NCBI RefSeq assembly: GCF_006345805.1
Contig: NC_043005.1
Coordinates: forward strand, 37,820,001-37,884,000
DNA: 64,000 nucleotides
Source: Octopus sinensis
Taxonomy: Eukaryota
Direction: 5' to 3'
Each line of letters opens with the position of its first letter. Within the stretch, counting starts at the first letter, position 1. Shown here piece by piece: positions 50,734 to 63,834 of this stretch. Below the pieces are notes generated by a model that saw only the letters and a list, made by a program, of their open reading frames with translations, was not told the origin of the DNA and did not search any database. Both the position numbers and the translations under genes were made by a program.

Positions 50734-51401
50734 ATGTGTGTGTATGTATGTATGTATGTATGTATGTATGTATGTATGTATGTATGTATATGACTGAAGC
50801 CATGCCTTAGATTTGTTGCCAAGAGATAATTAGGATTATAGTATTTATTGCATTTGGTAAAGGGTTTCATAGAATAGAAACTGAAGTTGATTCACAGAGT
50901 TTTCTCTAAATTGCTTCATACATGCACAAATAAGAACACAGTGAAAGAGACATCATAAATTGAATCACCTCATCCCCAACAAGTACTAGCATGATATTTA
51001 TTTCATCAGCCCTGGAAGGATGAAAGACAAAGTGCAGTTTGAAATCAAAACCCAAAGGGACATTATCAGATATAGCCCATACTGTTTTCTCTCATTCTAT
51101 GGGGTTTTGTCACCCAACCATACTAACACATATATATACACACACCGGCAATAATAATAGTTGTTTCTGATTTAGACCCCAAATCAGCACTTTTGAGAGA
51201 ATGAGTAATTCAGTTACATCAAACCCAGTACTTGAATGATACTATATTTTATTGACTCATTCCACTCAGAAAAAAAAAAAACAAAGGGTTGAAAAGACAA
51301 TTTTGTCCTCAGCAGGATATGAAATCAGAATACAAAGAGCAAAAAGAAATACCCCCAAGCATTTTGTCCAACGTGCCAATGATTCTGCCAACTTGCTGTT
51401 C

Positions 51402-51440
<39 letters not shown>

Positions 51441-52221
51441 GACTAGCAAGTTATGAAAGGCGCATTAGATTCTTCAAGGACAGCATGTTCAAAAGTAGCC
51501 CCCCAAATTTTTTCAGTAAGATAGGGAAAATACTAGTTTCAGTAAAATCTATCCCATCAAAAGAAGTGCAGGAATTTTGGGAGTAAAATTTGGGCGGAAG
51601 AAAAAAACACACAATAGAAAGGCCCCTTGGATTGATATAATATCTGCTGACTTAGACTCTTTAGAAGAGCAAAAGTGGGAGAGAATCAAGGTAGAGGATG
51701 TAAGATCTGCTCTCGGGATGTCAAGCAAATCGAAATCTCCAGGAAAGGATAAAATTCCAAACTTCTGGTTGAGTGGCTTCCCAGAGAGTCATGAACGGCT
51801 AATAAAACTTTACAATAATGTTTTGCAACATCTTAGTATGATTACCTCTTAATAGTGTTACATTCCTACTTCCAAAAAATGAAGAAACAAATGAACCAAA
51901 AATATTATAGACCCATAACCTGCTTAACACCAATGTATAAAATACTAACATCTGTCTTGACTGAATATGCCTACAGTTTTTAAGTAATAATAATTTAAAA
52001 AATCGTATTAACTGGAACTGCTCATGTGCTGAGAAGAGCATTATCGCTGTGAAAACAACATCCATCCATGAATTTATCTATTTATTAATTTTTAAATACA
52101 TATTTTATCTGTGAATATGCACGTGTAATCTGGGAATGCATACAATGAGCTTCTCTGCCCTAGGTGTATGGAAAACACTCGGCAAGAAACGGAAGAAAAT
52201 TTGAAGAAAGAAGGAAAAAAC
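51441..52221 (+). mobile_element. Internally deleted R4/Dong-like (RLE-type) non-LTR retrotransposon between (AAT)n tracts
   Basis: RLASYERRIRFFK...KSPGKDKIPNFWL...VTFLLPKNEETNEPKYYRPITCL..MYKILTS joined to the C-terminal KIVLTGTAHVLRRALSL*, then 3' UTR; (AAT)n on both sides. Confidence 0.8.
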
Positions 52222-52252
<31 letters not shown>

Positions 52253-52933
52253 TAATAATAATAATAATAACTACAACAACTACATAACAATAATGATGGT
52301 TTCTTCTTTAACCAAAAATTTTCAGGGTAGATGGACATGTCAGTCAGCACCAATGACCTTAGCAGTTTACTAGTGCTTTATTTTATCAGTCAAAGAAGAT
52401 TAAAAGGCAAAATCAGCCTTGGCTCAGTATGTAATGATCCAAAATAAATATGACAAGGTGTCTTATCCCGTGCTTAAGTCATTCTGCCAGTGCTGTGCCC
52501 TAACACATAAACATACATTTACTCACTTATACATATATATACACACACAAATACACTCCGTCAACAATAGTGATTATTTCTAATTTAGGCACAAGGTCAG
52601 CTATTTGTGATAGGGATATGGGGTTAGTCAATTACCAGTATTAGACTGGTACCTTATTTTATCAACATGAAATGGTGAAAAGTAAAATTAGCCTCACTAG
52701 CCTCTGGACTCAGAGCATAAAGAGCTGAGAAAAATACTGTAATGCCTTATGTTTGATTCATTCATTATTCTGCCAATCCACTGCCCTTATTTTAATAATT
52801 TCTAATATAAGCACAAGGCTAGGAATTTTAGGGGCAGAATGGGGCCATAGGTTAGTCAATACTGTTGACCCTAGTATTTGACTGGTATTTTATTTCATCA
52901 CTCCCAAAGGGATAAATGAAAAAGTTGATCTCC

Positions 52934-53342
52934 GAGTGGCTGTGTGGTAAGTAGCTTGCTTACCAACCACATGGTTCCGGGTTCAGTCCCACTGCGTGGC
53001 ATCTTGGGCAAGTGTCTTCTGCTATAGCCTCGGGCCGACCAATGCCTTGTGAGTGGATTTGGTAGATGGAAACTGAAAGAAGCCTGTCGTCTATATGTAT
53101 ATATATATGTATGTGTGTGTATATGTTTGTGTGTCTGTGTTTGTCCCCCTAGCATTGCTTGACAACCGATGCTGGCGTGTTTACATCCCCATCACTTAGC
53201 GGTTCGGCAAAAGAGACCGATAGAATGAGTACTGGGCTTACAAAGAATAAGTCCCGGGGTCGATTTGCTCGACTAAAGGCGGTGCTCCAGCATGGCCGCA
53301 GTCAAATGACTGAAACAAGTAAAAGAGTAAAAGAGTAAAAGA
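52934..53342 (+). mobile_element. SINE family A, best-preserved copy
   Basis: GAGTGGCTGTGTGGTAAGTAGC...GGGTTCAGTCCC...CTTGGGCAAGTGTCTTCT...GTCAAATGACTGAAACAAG(TAAAAGAG)n; CpGs largely retained. Confidence 0.9.
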
Positions 53343-53971
53343 ACCAGAAGCAGTATAAAACATCAATAAACAAACCTTATTGTGTTGTAAGTTCACTCAG
53401 CCAAGAGGTATAGAAAGCACAGCTGATGCCTGACTCAGTTGTTTCCATAGCAATTAATTAGCCCTAACTAACACAAATAATGCCAAAACATCTTTTATAA
53501 TTTCAAGTATATATTGATATTATGTTTAAGTATGTGTATAAAGTTATAAATGACAGAGAAACAGTACAATAAAAATATATTTAACTGTAAGAAAATTTAA
53601 ATATCGTGGCAAATTGTTTCATAACTTAAAGCATGTAATGATAATTTATATTATATTTAATAATAAATAAATTGCTTACATGTCTGCATTAATGCAAAAT
53701 GCAAAAAAATCTTTGAAAATAATACTGTAATTAAGCTATGTCCTCAGGTGAAAGAAAATCTTTGTTAAATACTAGTCTCAACATGATATTAGAATTTTCT
53801 TATAGTTAGATAAATTTTCATCATAGTATATCTCTGTCATTTATAACTTTATACACTCCATATTGTTTTCTCTTGAATCATATGATATATTCTATATGCT
53901 TTGTAGAATGATACATTAAGGAGATCTTTTTATGAGTACTACCAGATTACTTGGATCCATATGTTGTGACT

Positions 53972-54035
<64 letters not shown>

Positions 54036-54036
54036 T

Positions 54037-54355
54037 ATGCAAATAAACAAATAAAACACTTCGGGCTAAATATATAAGATACACAAATATAAACATGTAA
54101 ATAGAGAAAAACAAAGATTTTCAGTTCTATATTTAAGAAATGAGGAATTACGTACATTATTTACATTTGACAGATATTTGTCCTCATCTTGTTTATTGTT
54201 AACAGCTGAAACATGTTAACAACAAACAAAATAAGGACAAATATTCGTCAAATGTAAATAATGAACAAACACTTTGTCTCGCTATTTATATGTATGTATG
54301 TATGTACGTATATTTTCTATACCTAGCCCAAGTGGGTTTATTTGTTTATTTGCAT
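54037..54355. repeat. Nested fold-back element: outer arms 54037-54075/54318-54355, inner arms 54155-54204/54214-54263
   Basis: Outer ATGCAAATAAACAAATAAAACACTTCGGGCTA / TAGCCCAAGTGGGTTTATTTGTTTATTTGCAT; inner ~50-bp hairpin with loop GCTGAAACA. Confidence 0.8.
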
Positions 54356-54515
54356 TATTATCTGTACATCTACTCACCTAGATTCCTCTTATAGCTATGC
54401 TTTCCCCTATGGACTTTGTCCTCAATAAAGATTTAGGAGTATGCTCAAACCATTTGGCCACTACTAAGGGTTTTCTATATTGAGTGTCTCTGGATCTCAT
54501 CTGTTGACTCTCTCT

Positions 54516-54554
<39 letters not shown>

Positions 54555-54903
54555 TCATCATCATCGTCATCGTCGTTTAGCGTCTGCTTTCCATGCTAGC
54601 ATGTTTGGACGGTTCAGCTGGGGACTGGGAAGCCAGAAGTCTGCACCAGGCCCAGTCTGATCTGGCAATGTTTCTACGGTTGGATGCCCTTCCTAATGCC
54701 AACCACTCCGTGAGTATAGTGGGTGCTTTTTACGTGCCACCGACACAGGTGCCAGGGGAGGCTGGCAGCAACCACGATCAGTTGGTGCTTTTTACGTGCC
54801 ACCAGCACGGAGGCCAGTTGGGGTGGCGCTGGCAACGGCCACTTTCAGATGGTTCTCTTACGTGCCCCTGGCACTGGTATCACAGCTACAATTTCCATTG
54901 ATG
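54555..54903 (-). mobile_element. RTE 3'-UTR-only copy in (TA)n
   Basis: (CAT)n-TTTAGCGTCTGCTTTCCATGCTAGCATG...GGATGCCCTTCCTAATGCC...GGTGCTTTTTACGTGCCAC modules. Confidence 0.85.
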
Positions 54904-54918
54904 TATATATGTATATAT

Positions 54919-54973
<55 letters not shown>

Positions 54974-54974
54974 T

Positions 54975-55325
54975 CTACTATAGCTTGCAACCATGCTGGA
55001 GCACCACTTTCAGTCAAGCAATTTGATCCCAGGACTTATTCTTTGTAAACTTAGTACTATTCCATCGATCACTTTTGCCAAGCCGATAAGTTACTGGGAT
55101 GTAAAACTACCATCGGTTGTCAAGCGAAGTTGGGGGACAAATACACAAGTACACACACATATGTAATACGATGGGCTTCTTTCAGTTTCTGTCTACCAAA
55201 TCCACTCACAAGGCTTTGGTTGACCCGAGGCTATAGTAGAAGACACTTACCCATGGTGCCATGCAGTGGGACTGAAACCGGAACCATGTGGTTGGTATGC
55301 AAGCTACTTACCACACAGCCACTCT
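54975..55325 (-). mobile_element. SINE family A
   Basis: CCATGCTGGAGCACC tail portion and CAGTGGGACTGAAACC...CTTACCACACAGCCACTC head, as read on the plus strand. Confidence 0.8.
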
Positions 55326-56584
55326 TATATAGAATAATGGTACAACAATGCACCAATATTTACTGGAAATAGCAGTTGAGTTGTAATAATGAAGTGAAAT
55401 CAATTAATGATCTTTTGAAAGCATTTAATATGCGCATTTCAGATCTGTGAATTTTCTGTGTTTCCTATTATATAGATTACACAGATTTGGAACATATATA
55501 TTCAATGTTTCCAAAATATCATTATTTGCTTTGACTTCAGTATTACAACTGATACAAGCACTAACCAACCTCTCCTGATTCCACTTCCGCAGATACTCTG
55601 ACTAGGATTTGGAGTAGTTTGCTGTATTTGACTTGTCCAAAATTCTGGTAGCATTCATTGCTTCTTAGCAAAACACTAAAATCTACCTATCTATCATTCA
55701 TCCATCCATCCATATAGTATATGCATAAACACACACACACGCACACACACACACATCTTTTATCTTTTACTTCGGTCATTTAACTGTGGCCATGCTGGGG
55801 CATCACCTTGAAGGGTTTTAGTTGAACAAATGAACCCTAGGACTTATTTTTTGAAGCCTAGTACTTATTCTATTGTTGTCTTTTCCTGAACCACTAAGTT
55901 ACCCACTAAGTTACAGGGACATAAACACACCAGTGCTAGTTGTCAAGCAGTGGTGATGGTCTTTAATGTGTTTTGTTGAATGGGGGCCTATTTATTAGGC
56001 AACAACAGTATTAATTATAATGATATGATAATAATGATAATAATAATCCTCTCTTCTCTGGGCACAAGACCTGAGATTTGGAGGTGAGGGAGCTATTTGA
56101 TTACATTGACCCAAATATTCAACCTGATACGTGTTTCATTGACCCTGAAGGGTGAAAAGTGAAGTTGACGTTGGTGAAATTTGAACTCAGAAACTTAACT
56201 AGCTGTAAGAAATGCTGCTACGCATTTTGTCCGATACATTAACAATTCTACCAGCTCACTGCCCTAATAATTACAACAACAGCAATAACAACAACAACAA
56301 CAACAGCAATAATAATGATGACAACAATTATGATAATAGCAATAATAACAATGATGATGATGATGATGATGATGGTGACAATGGTTGTGGTAGTGATGAC
56401 TTTGTTAAATTTGATTATATTCTATCACATCCATCATTAATTGTTTTTTTTCTGATTAGGTTTTGGGTTGTAATTTTTTTTTAGTTGTTTTTTCCATCTT
56501 TTGTTTTTGTCTTTGACTGATTGCTTCATTGAGTTGAAATTTAATTAAAGATAGCGGGTCACACATCAAACCATTTCATGCACG

Positions 56585-56623
<39 letters not shown>

Positions 56624-56771
56624 CTACACCATGTGTTTGTCAATGTGTATAAGAGAGAGGGGAGGGAGAGTGAGGGTAAGAAAGAAAGAGAGTGTAACTT
56701 CAAGATTAAAATAGAATTTCTTTACTTCTCACATTATTTAATAACATATGTATATATTATATATATATATA

Positions 56772-56844
<73 letters not shown>

Positions 56845-57397
56845 AGAAAGAGAGACAATAAAGGAATAAATGGTTATCTAATGTGCTTCATTAGCTTACA
56901 GTTGTTTCTGCTATAAGATGCAGTGGACTCATAGTTGAGTGCCTGAATAACACCCTATGACTTCATTGGAACCTCGAATATGAAGTGCAATCATATGTAT
57001 ATTGAGTTCTACAACAGGTTATTAGTTTTGCAATGCCTAAGCAAAATATACGTATATACTTGTATGTAGATACTTACAAATATTCATATATATATATACA
57101 CACACACACACACAAAAAAGAATTACATATATGTTATATATATACTACAAATAGAGGATAAAATTTTTTTCAGAAAACAATTTCATCAAAAGCGGCATAT
57201 TAAAATACCATTAAAGGTTAAAATTATAAACAACTTATAAACAAGGGCAAAATAATTTTTCTTTTGCCCTTGTTTATAAGTTGTATATATAATAAAAATG
57301 CGAAGTACCTGCTGTAAAGTGGTTTGCATGGGGAAGAACATCCAGTTGTAGGAAACCTGCCAAAACAGACACTGGTGCAAAATGCATTCGCTGGACC

Positions 57398-57434
<37 letters not shown>

Positions 57435-57689
57435 CATTATTATCATTATTATTCAGTAGTCTTATTTTTATCATGTGCTTTCACTGCTCTACCAAGCGCA
57501 GCTCTGTGTGCCTTGGGTATGTGCTGTGGTTTGTTGTGATGCTCTTATTTTTACTGTATTGAAAGTGTTTTATGTAGGATGCATACGGTACCTAGTAGTA
57601 CTATTTTCTGTATGTTGTTGTTGTTGTTGTTATTATTATTATTATTACTATTATTATTATTATTTTAGAACTACTTTGTGAGAATGCAT

Positions 57690-57960
57690 AGCCTAGTGTT
57701 TAGGGTGTTGCATTTACGATCACGACATCATGGTTTCAATTCTCAAACCAAATGGTGCATTGTGTTCTTGAGCATAAACACTTTTTCTCACATTGCTCTG
57801 CTATCACTTCAACACCTGATGTGTGGTACACTGTGCATATGTTCAGGCGACATCGATCTGATCAAGGGAGTGAGCTAATGTATATGAACATACATTTGAT
57901 CACTATAAACAAATCATTTGTGCAGGTTGTTCAGCAAAAGCTGAACACTCATATGTCATT
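57690..57960 (+). mobile_element. tRNA/CORE-headed SINE with a third tail type
   Basis: Head GCATAGCCTAGTGTTTAGGG...TTGTGTTCTTGAGCATAAACAC; tail ATTTGATCACTATAAACAAATCAT is also at ~948-975. Confidence 0.55.
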
Positions 57961-58567
57961 GTCAATGGGAGAGTTCATCATTATTCCAGAACTACTATAA
58001 ATCTTATTCAATACCATGAAACATTGTTATATTATTGTTCTCTTATCAAGCATAATTCATGTATTTTGATGTGTTTTTAAGATTTGTAATATTATAATAT
58101 TTATGTTTTATTTAACAAATGAAATTTCATATATTTTACAGTATTACAGAATTTATTTTTCCATTTTGTTTTCTAATTTCAGTTAAAAACAGAAATAAAG
58201 ATTCATGTAAGTCAAAAATCTTTTATTTATTTTAAAATTTTTTATGTTTGTATAAGATTTGGTCAAAAGCAACTGATTCTATATATATATAAAAAAAATC
58301 AAAAGATTTGTTATTGGTTTCATTAAGTATATTACCTCTTTTTTAAAAAAATTATTTTCCCCCCAAATAATGTTTTAAACTTTTGTGAAAAAATGTTCTG
58401 ATTGTAATCAAGTGAATTTACTTGTTGTGAACATTCAAACTGGTAACATGTTTATAAAATTACAAATAATGTAATTTTCCTGAATTACATATATATACAT
58501 ATACACTCACACATACATACATAAATACACACACACACACACACACATACATACATACATACATACA

Positions 58568-58601
<34 letters not shown>

Positions 58602-58602
<1 letters not shown>

Positions 58603-58920
58603 CTATGGACAATTGATGAGGAGTTTGCCCATCCAGTACCCAAGATACACTTTCAGCTTCATACTTAATATTTTTGGAGTAACAGGATATGTACCAACCA
58701 AGCAGGAGGAAAGGAATGGCTGAACTTGGGTTCTTGGGGAAGGATGCAACTCCTTAATTCACATGTTGCATATGATCACAATACCTGGTACAATAAAATT
58801 TTGCAAGACATTTTTGGCATTGAAAGATTGATAAACAAAACAAGATGCTTTCCTTCACAACCTCACTACCGAGTGGGTAGTCAGCCAAAATTAACTTTAA
58901 ATTAAGAAGAGAAAGAAGCA
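58602..58920 (+). mobile_element. 3' fragment of an RLE-type non-LTR retrotransposon between (ACAT)n tracts
   Basis: FGVTGYVP...ELGF...CNSLIHMLHMITIPGTIKFCKTFL resembles RLE-element C-termini and is homologous to 59942-60200. Confidence 0.55.
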
Positions 58921-59102
58921 TGCAATCATGTGTGCATACATACACACACATACGTACATACATACATACATAAATACATACATGTATGTACATAGATACG
59001 TACATATGTACATACATACATACATACATACATACATACATACAAGTTGATGGGAAAAGGAAAGAAGATAATTATGGTCAACTGTTTTGAAACTTCAGTT
59101 TT

Positions 59103-59941
59103 TACAAGGTGCATTCAAAAAAGATCTGGCTTAATTTTTTACTATCAAAACTAATGTCACATGGGCAAAATCCTTTGAGTGGGAGGTGCCACCACCCTTC
59201 CACCTTGTGCATGAAAATATTGTGTGCAAAAATTTTTGTCCCAATAGGCCATGTCAGTTCCCAGCTATTATGCCTAGAGTACGAATGTATAGCGTATGCT
59301 TGTGAGATTTTCACTTTCATGAAACATGTCTAGTAGAGATATTGCATCAAGTTATGCTAAAAGGTTGGTTATACTCAAGCTCAAACCATTCATAACATTC
59401 AACAGGCCTTTGGCAATGTTGCCACGGGCAAAACTCACAGCAAGGAGTGGTACAACCACTTCAAACATAGCTGCATCTCAGTGGAGAGTGAGACACAGTC
59501 AAGCAGGCCATCCTCAAGCCAAAATGAGGAGTCAATTGAGAAGGCTTAGCAAATTGTCATAGAAGACTGTTGAGTAACAATCCAGAAAATTGCCTACAAA
59601 TTGCAAATAATCACAGGATCAGTTCATCCTATTTTAGTAGAGAATTTGTAAATGCAGAGAATGTTGGCATAGGACATGCTAGATTGTGCAAAACACAACC
59701 CAGACTTCACTGGTGATGCGACATAAGTTCGATGCATTCAATTATCTTGTACAAAAGCGAACATCCAACAAGCATGCAATACACACCTGTACTCTAGCCA
59801 TAATAGCCAGGAACTGATACATTTTCTGGTATGAAAATTTTCATACATATGCAGGAAGGGTGGCACTACCTGTCACTCAAAGGATTTTGCCCAAACAGCA
59901 ACAGTTTTTATGGGAAGGATACTTTTTGAACACACCTCGTG
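59103..59941 (+). mobile_element. Internally deleted mariner element with long (~170-bp) inverted termini
   Basis: Termini TA-CAAGGTGCATTCAAAAAAG / CTTTTTGAACACACCTCG; internal GYTQAQTIHNIQQAFG...KEWYNHFK...SVESETQSSRPSSSQNEESIEK...VTIQKIA matches a mariner HTH region; catalytic domain absent. Confidence 0.8.
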
Positions 59942-60200
59942 TATCCAGAATATATACTCTCATTGATACCAATAATAATTGGTGCACTAGGTTTTATTAG
60001 TAAATACCTAAACAACAGCCCGGGTAAGCTGGGATTTTTAGAAAAAGAAAATAAACCAGCTGACTTGTACATTACAAATACAAATTGTGAGCAGAACAGT
60101 AAAAAACATGCCAGACTTTTCTCAAATTCAAAATGTGATATTGTTTTTGTTATCTACATTCCAATGCTGGAGCTTTGTATCTTTATCAGAAAACCACATT
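59942..60200 (+). mobile_element. 3' fragment of an RLE-type non-LTR retrotransposon
   Basis: YPEYILSLIPIIIGALGFISKYLNNSPGKLGF... matches the PIVIGALG-type C-terminal motif of R2/R4/NeSL-group ORFs. Confidence 0.6.
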
Positions 60201-61169
60201 ATTCCTTACAATAAGACTTGGAATAATTGAAAATAGGAGTGAAGACACATGCATGCATGCACACACTCACGTACACGCACACACACACATTTGTGATTGT
60301 AACAGACATTAAAGGATACTGTGGGTAAAATTCTTCATCAGGAGAAACAAATTTACTTGAGGCAATAAATACCATTTGGCCTGAGACACATAAAGCAAAA
60401 CAAAAATTTGATCATAACAAATTATGTTGAACATTTCCCCATAAAAATTGAGTCTAAATGTCTATATTGAATGCTATTTTAGCCATCATACTTCATATGA
60501 AATATGAGAAAGTACAGTTTTATGAATGCTTAGAACAGGAATCCATTTCATCAATAAGTGTATATATGTCTTACAAGTTCTACTGGTCAGTCATCTTTAT
60601 TTAAATATATTAAATTCTCTCCCCATGCACTACACCTACCATTCTCCCTAACACTCATGCAACCTACACAATCACTCATATCTTTCTCTATCTGTCTTCT
60701 TCTCTCTCTTATTCTGTCTAACGTTTTGTCTGACCCTCTCTCTCCATTGCCCTGTCTATTTTATCATCTTTACTGTACTTCTGCTGTCTACTCCAATCAT
60801 CAGTGATCATTTCTTCCCCCCACTACTTATCCACCATTTACTAATCCACCCCTAAGGCAAAAGTGGGGCGAAATCTACTCTCTAAAAGAGATAAATATGT
60901 TGAAGTAGTGACATTAATCACTAATATGTTTATTTAAAAAATAAATCAAGAAATTTCTTATTGCTTTCATCTCTCTCTAAATAAAATCCTTTGTCTCTCT
61001 CTGTTTATCTATTGCCTATGCATTCTCAAACAGCTCCACCAAATCAAATCAAATCAAATTTCATAAGGTAATAGTATTAGACCCCGCAAGTGTCAACATG
61101 TAAATTTTATTTCTATTTGGATTAAAACAATATAACATTTTGTCAAAAATAATCTTTCTGTAGTCAACT

Positions 61170-61560
61170 ATAGTAAAGAACATTTTATACTACCACGATG
61201 ATGGCATCACATTTTGTATATGTGACTGTGTGTGTGTGAGTGTTTGCGCATTCATTATGTATGACATAGTAAAGGACATTTTATGCCATGATGACAACGA
61301 CAACACATTTTGCATATGAATGTACATGTGTCTGTCAGTGAGTGTGTTTGTGAGTTCATTACATACGAAATTTTATGCCACAACAACGACACGTTTTGTT
61401 TATGTATCTGTGAGTGTTTGTATGTTTGCACATTCATTATGTACCACGTAGTAAAGGACATTTTATACTGCCACCACCACCATGACACATTTTGTAAATG
61501 AGTGTATGTGTCTGTGAGTGTGTGTGTGTATTTGCACGTTCATTACATAAATGTTTGTCT
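61170..61560. repeat. About four degenerate ~90-100-bp tandem units with TG-rich cores
   Basis: Recurring TAGTAAAGGACATTTTAT...CACATTTTG...TG-rich...CATTCATTA at ~61170, 61268, 61360 and 61450. Confidence 0.65.
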
Positions 61561-61739
61561 GTGTCTCTGTCTTAGTATATGTATGTGAGTGTATGTGTGT
61601 GTCAGTGTACATGAGAGTGTATGTGGGTGTCAGTGTATGTGTGATTGTCAATTACACTGATGTAAACAGACTTGTAAAGGAACTATACTGGCTCCAACTA
61701 ATGAAATGGTTAGAAATTACTTTTCCATCAATTCACACA

Positions 61740-62233
61740 ATAGCTGATCAAGATCAAGCTGTTCAATACCCTGTTGAATTTCTGAACACACTTAAACCCA
61801 CTGAGCTGCCACCACATAACTTGGCACTAAAGCTGGATGCTCCCATTATGTTGCTTAGGAATCTTGACCCACCTTGCCTGTGTAATGGAACTCATATTAT
61901 TGTTACTTCCATGTCCTACAGGCAACAATCATGACTGGTAGTCACAAAGAAGAAAATATCTTTATTCCAAAATTTCCTCTCATTCCTACAGATGTTCTAT
62001 TTGAATTTAAGAGGCTTCAATTTCCAGTCAAACTAAGTTTTGGAATTTCAATTAACAAATCTCAGGGTCAATCCCTCAAGGTAGTCGGACTTCATCACTG
62101 TACTACATGCTTCTCCCACAGCCAACTCTATGTTGGTTGCTCACAAGCTGGAAGCAGCAACAATTTATTCAATTGGACACAAACAAAAAATTACACAATG
62201 AATATCATTTACCTTGAGGTGCTTCAAGTTTGA
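61740..62233 (+). mobile_element. Helitron RepHel PIF1-type helicase C-terminal pseudogene
   Basis: YPVEFLNTLKPTELPPHNLALKLDAPIMLLRNLDPPCLCNGT, then after a deletion/frameshift IFIPKFPLIP...FKRLQFPVKLSFGISINKSQGQSL...FSHSQLYVGCS...NIIYLEVL. Confidence 0.85.
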
Positions 62234-63834
62234 CAGATTTTCATTTCTAAATTCTTTTATATTAATCTGAATAATTTTTTAATAAAATATAGACTGGTCT
62301 ATGGATTGAACCTAAGTTGGTTTGCTAAAGTCTTATGCTTAACACTTACTCAATGTTTACATTCACTATCCCACTGTCCTGTAGGAACTTCAGTGAGTGG
62401 TAACTTAGAAACTGGGAACCTAAAACTAAACTTTATATTTTATGCTGGGTTTCAATAACCTCTGTTGGCCCAGCATAGAAAGGAACAACAAATGGAAGTC
62501 TTTGATTAGGAAAGAACATTAAACATTTAAAATAATAGCAATGATGACGACAACAACAATAAAAATAAAAAGAGAAGTTAAAGGAGGAAGTAATTAGTTA
62601 ATTCATTAGTATTTAGCTGTCGGTGTCTAAATAAACAGACAGGACTGTAAAATGTGTTGTATTTGTGAAGATAAATTATAGACACTATTTAATCTCACTG
62701 GTACTTGCATCCATCTAACTCCATTGCTCATTAGCAACTACACCACAATTTTGGTTTTATTTTAATAAATGAGAACCAGAGAGAAATATCAATTTCAATC
62801 AAAGACGTACTATAGTAATGTTCATCAATATCTTTAAATATATGTTAGAGTTGGCCGTTATTATCTGGTAGTTAATCTAATTAGCTCTGACCATCCTCTC
62901 CAACATCGAACTAAAGAGAACTTGTAAGTTATATCAATGTAAATCAACTGACTTGCTGGTTTAGAAGTTAGTGATTTGCTCAGACATTTTCTCTAGTTTA
63001 GAGTCTCACAGTTTTACAGGTAAAATCATAATAATTCATTTTTGTATTTATACTTTTGTCTGATGATTAATAAAAAGACAACTAACTATGTTGGGTTGTA
63101 GTCACTTTAAGCCGTGCTTCTTCTTTTCTTCCTTCCAAAAAAAAAAAGAGTTTTTATAAGCTAAAATTAAGCAGAACTGCTGCATATGATGGTCCAGGGG
63201 TGGGCTGGAAATTTTGAAGAAGATATGTGTGTGTAGTGCATCTGTTCTTTTGTCTTGACAACATCAATGTCATACACAGTCGACTTGATGGGTCTTCTTC
63301 TCAAGCATGACATAATACCAAAGATTTCATTCATTACCTCCATGAGGCACAACATTCAAAAGGAACTCAGCCACTTTGCCTCTATGAGATCCAGCACTCA
63401 AAAGGAACCCAGCCACTTTGCACACCAACACCGGCTGTCAAGTGGTAGTTGGGGAACAAACACATGTACAAAGACACACACACACACGCAAACACGCATA
63501 TATATATACAACAGGTTTCTTTCCGTTTCCATCTACAAAATCCACTCACAAGGCTTTGGTTGTCCTAAAGCTGTGTTAGAAGATACTTGCCAAGGTGCCA
63601 TGCAATGGGAGATTGAATTCTGAACCATGTGATTTGGAAGCAAGCTACTTACTACAGAGCCATACAGCAGCACCTGCACACACGTGCACACACACACACA
63701 CACACATACACACACACACACACATACATAGAAGTAGGTGTTTCAACACCCTAGTCAGATTTAGTGACAATTATCTTTTTCATTTTTGGTAAAACATTGC
63801 ACAATGCTGTCTATATTAATTATATATATATAAA

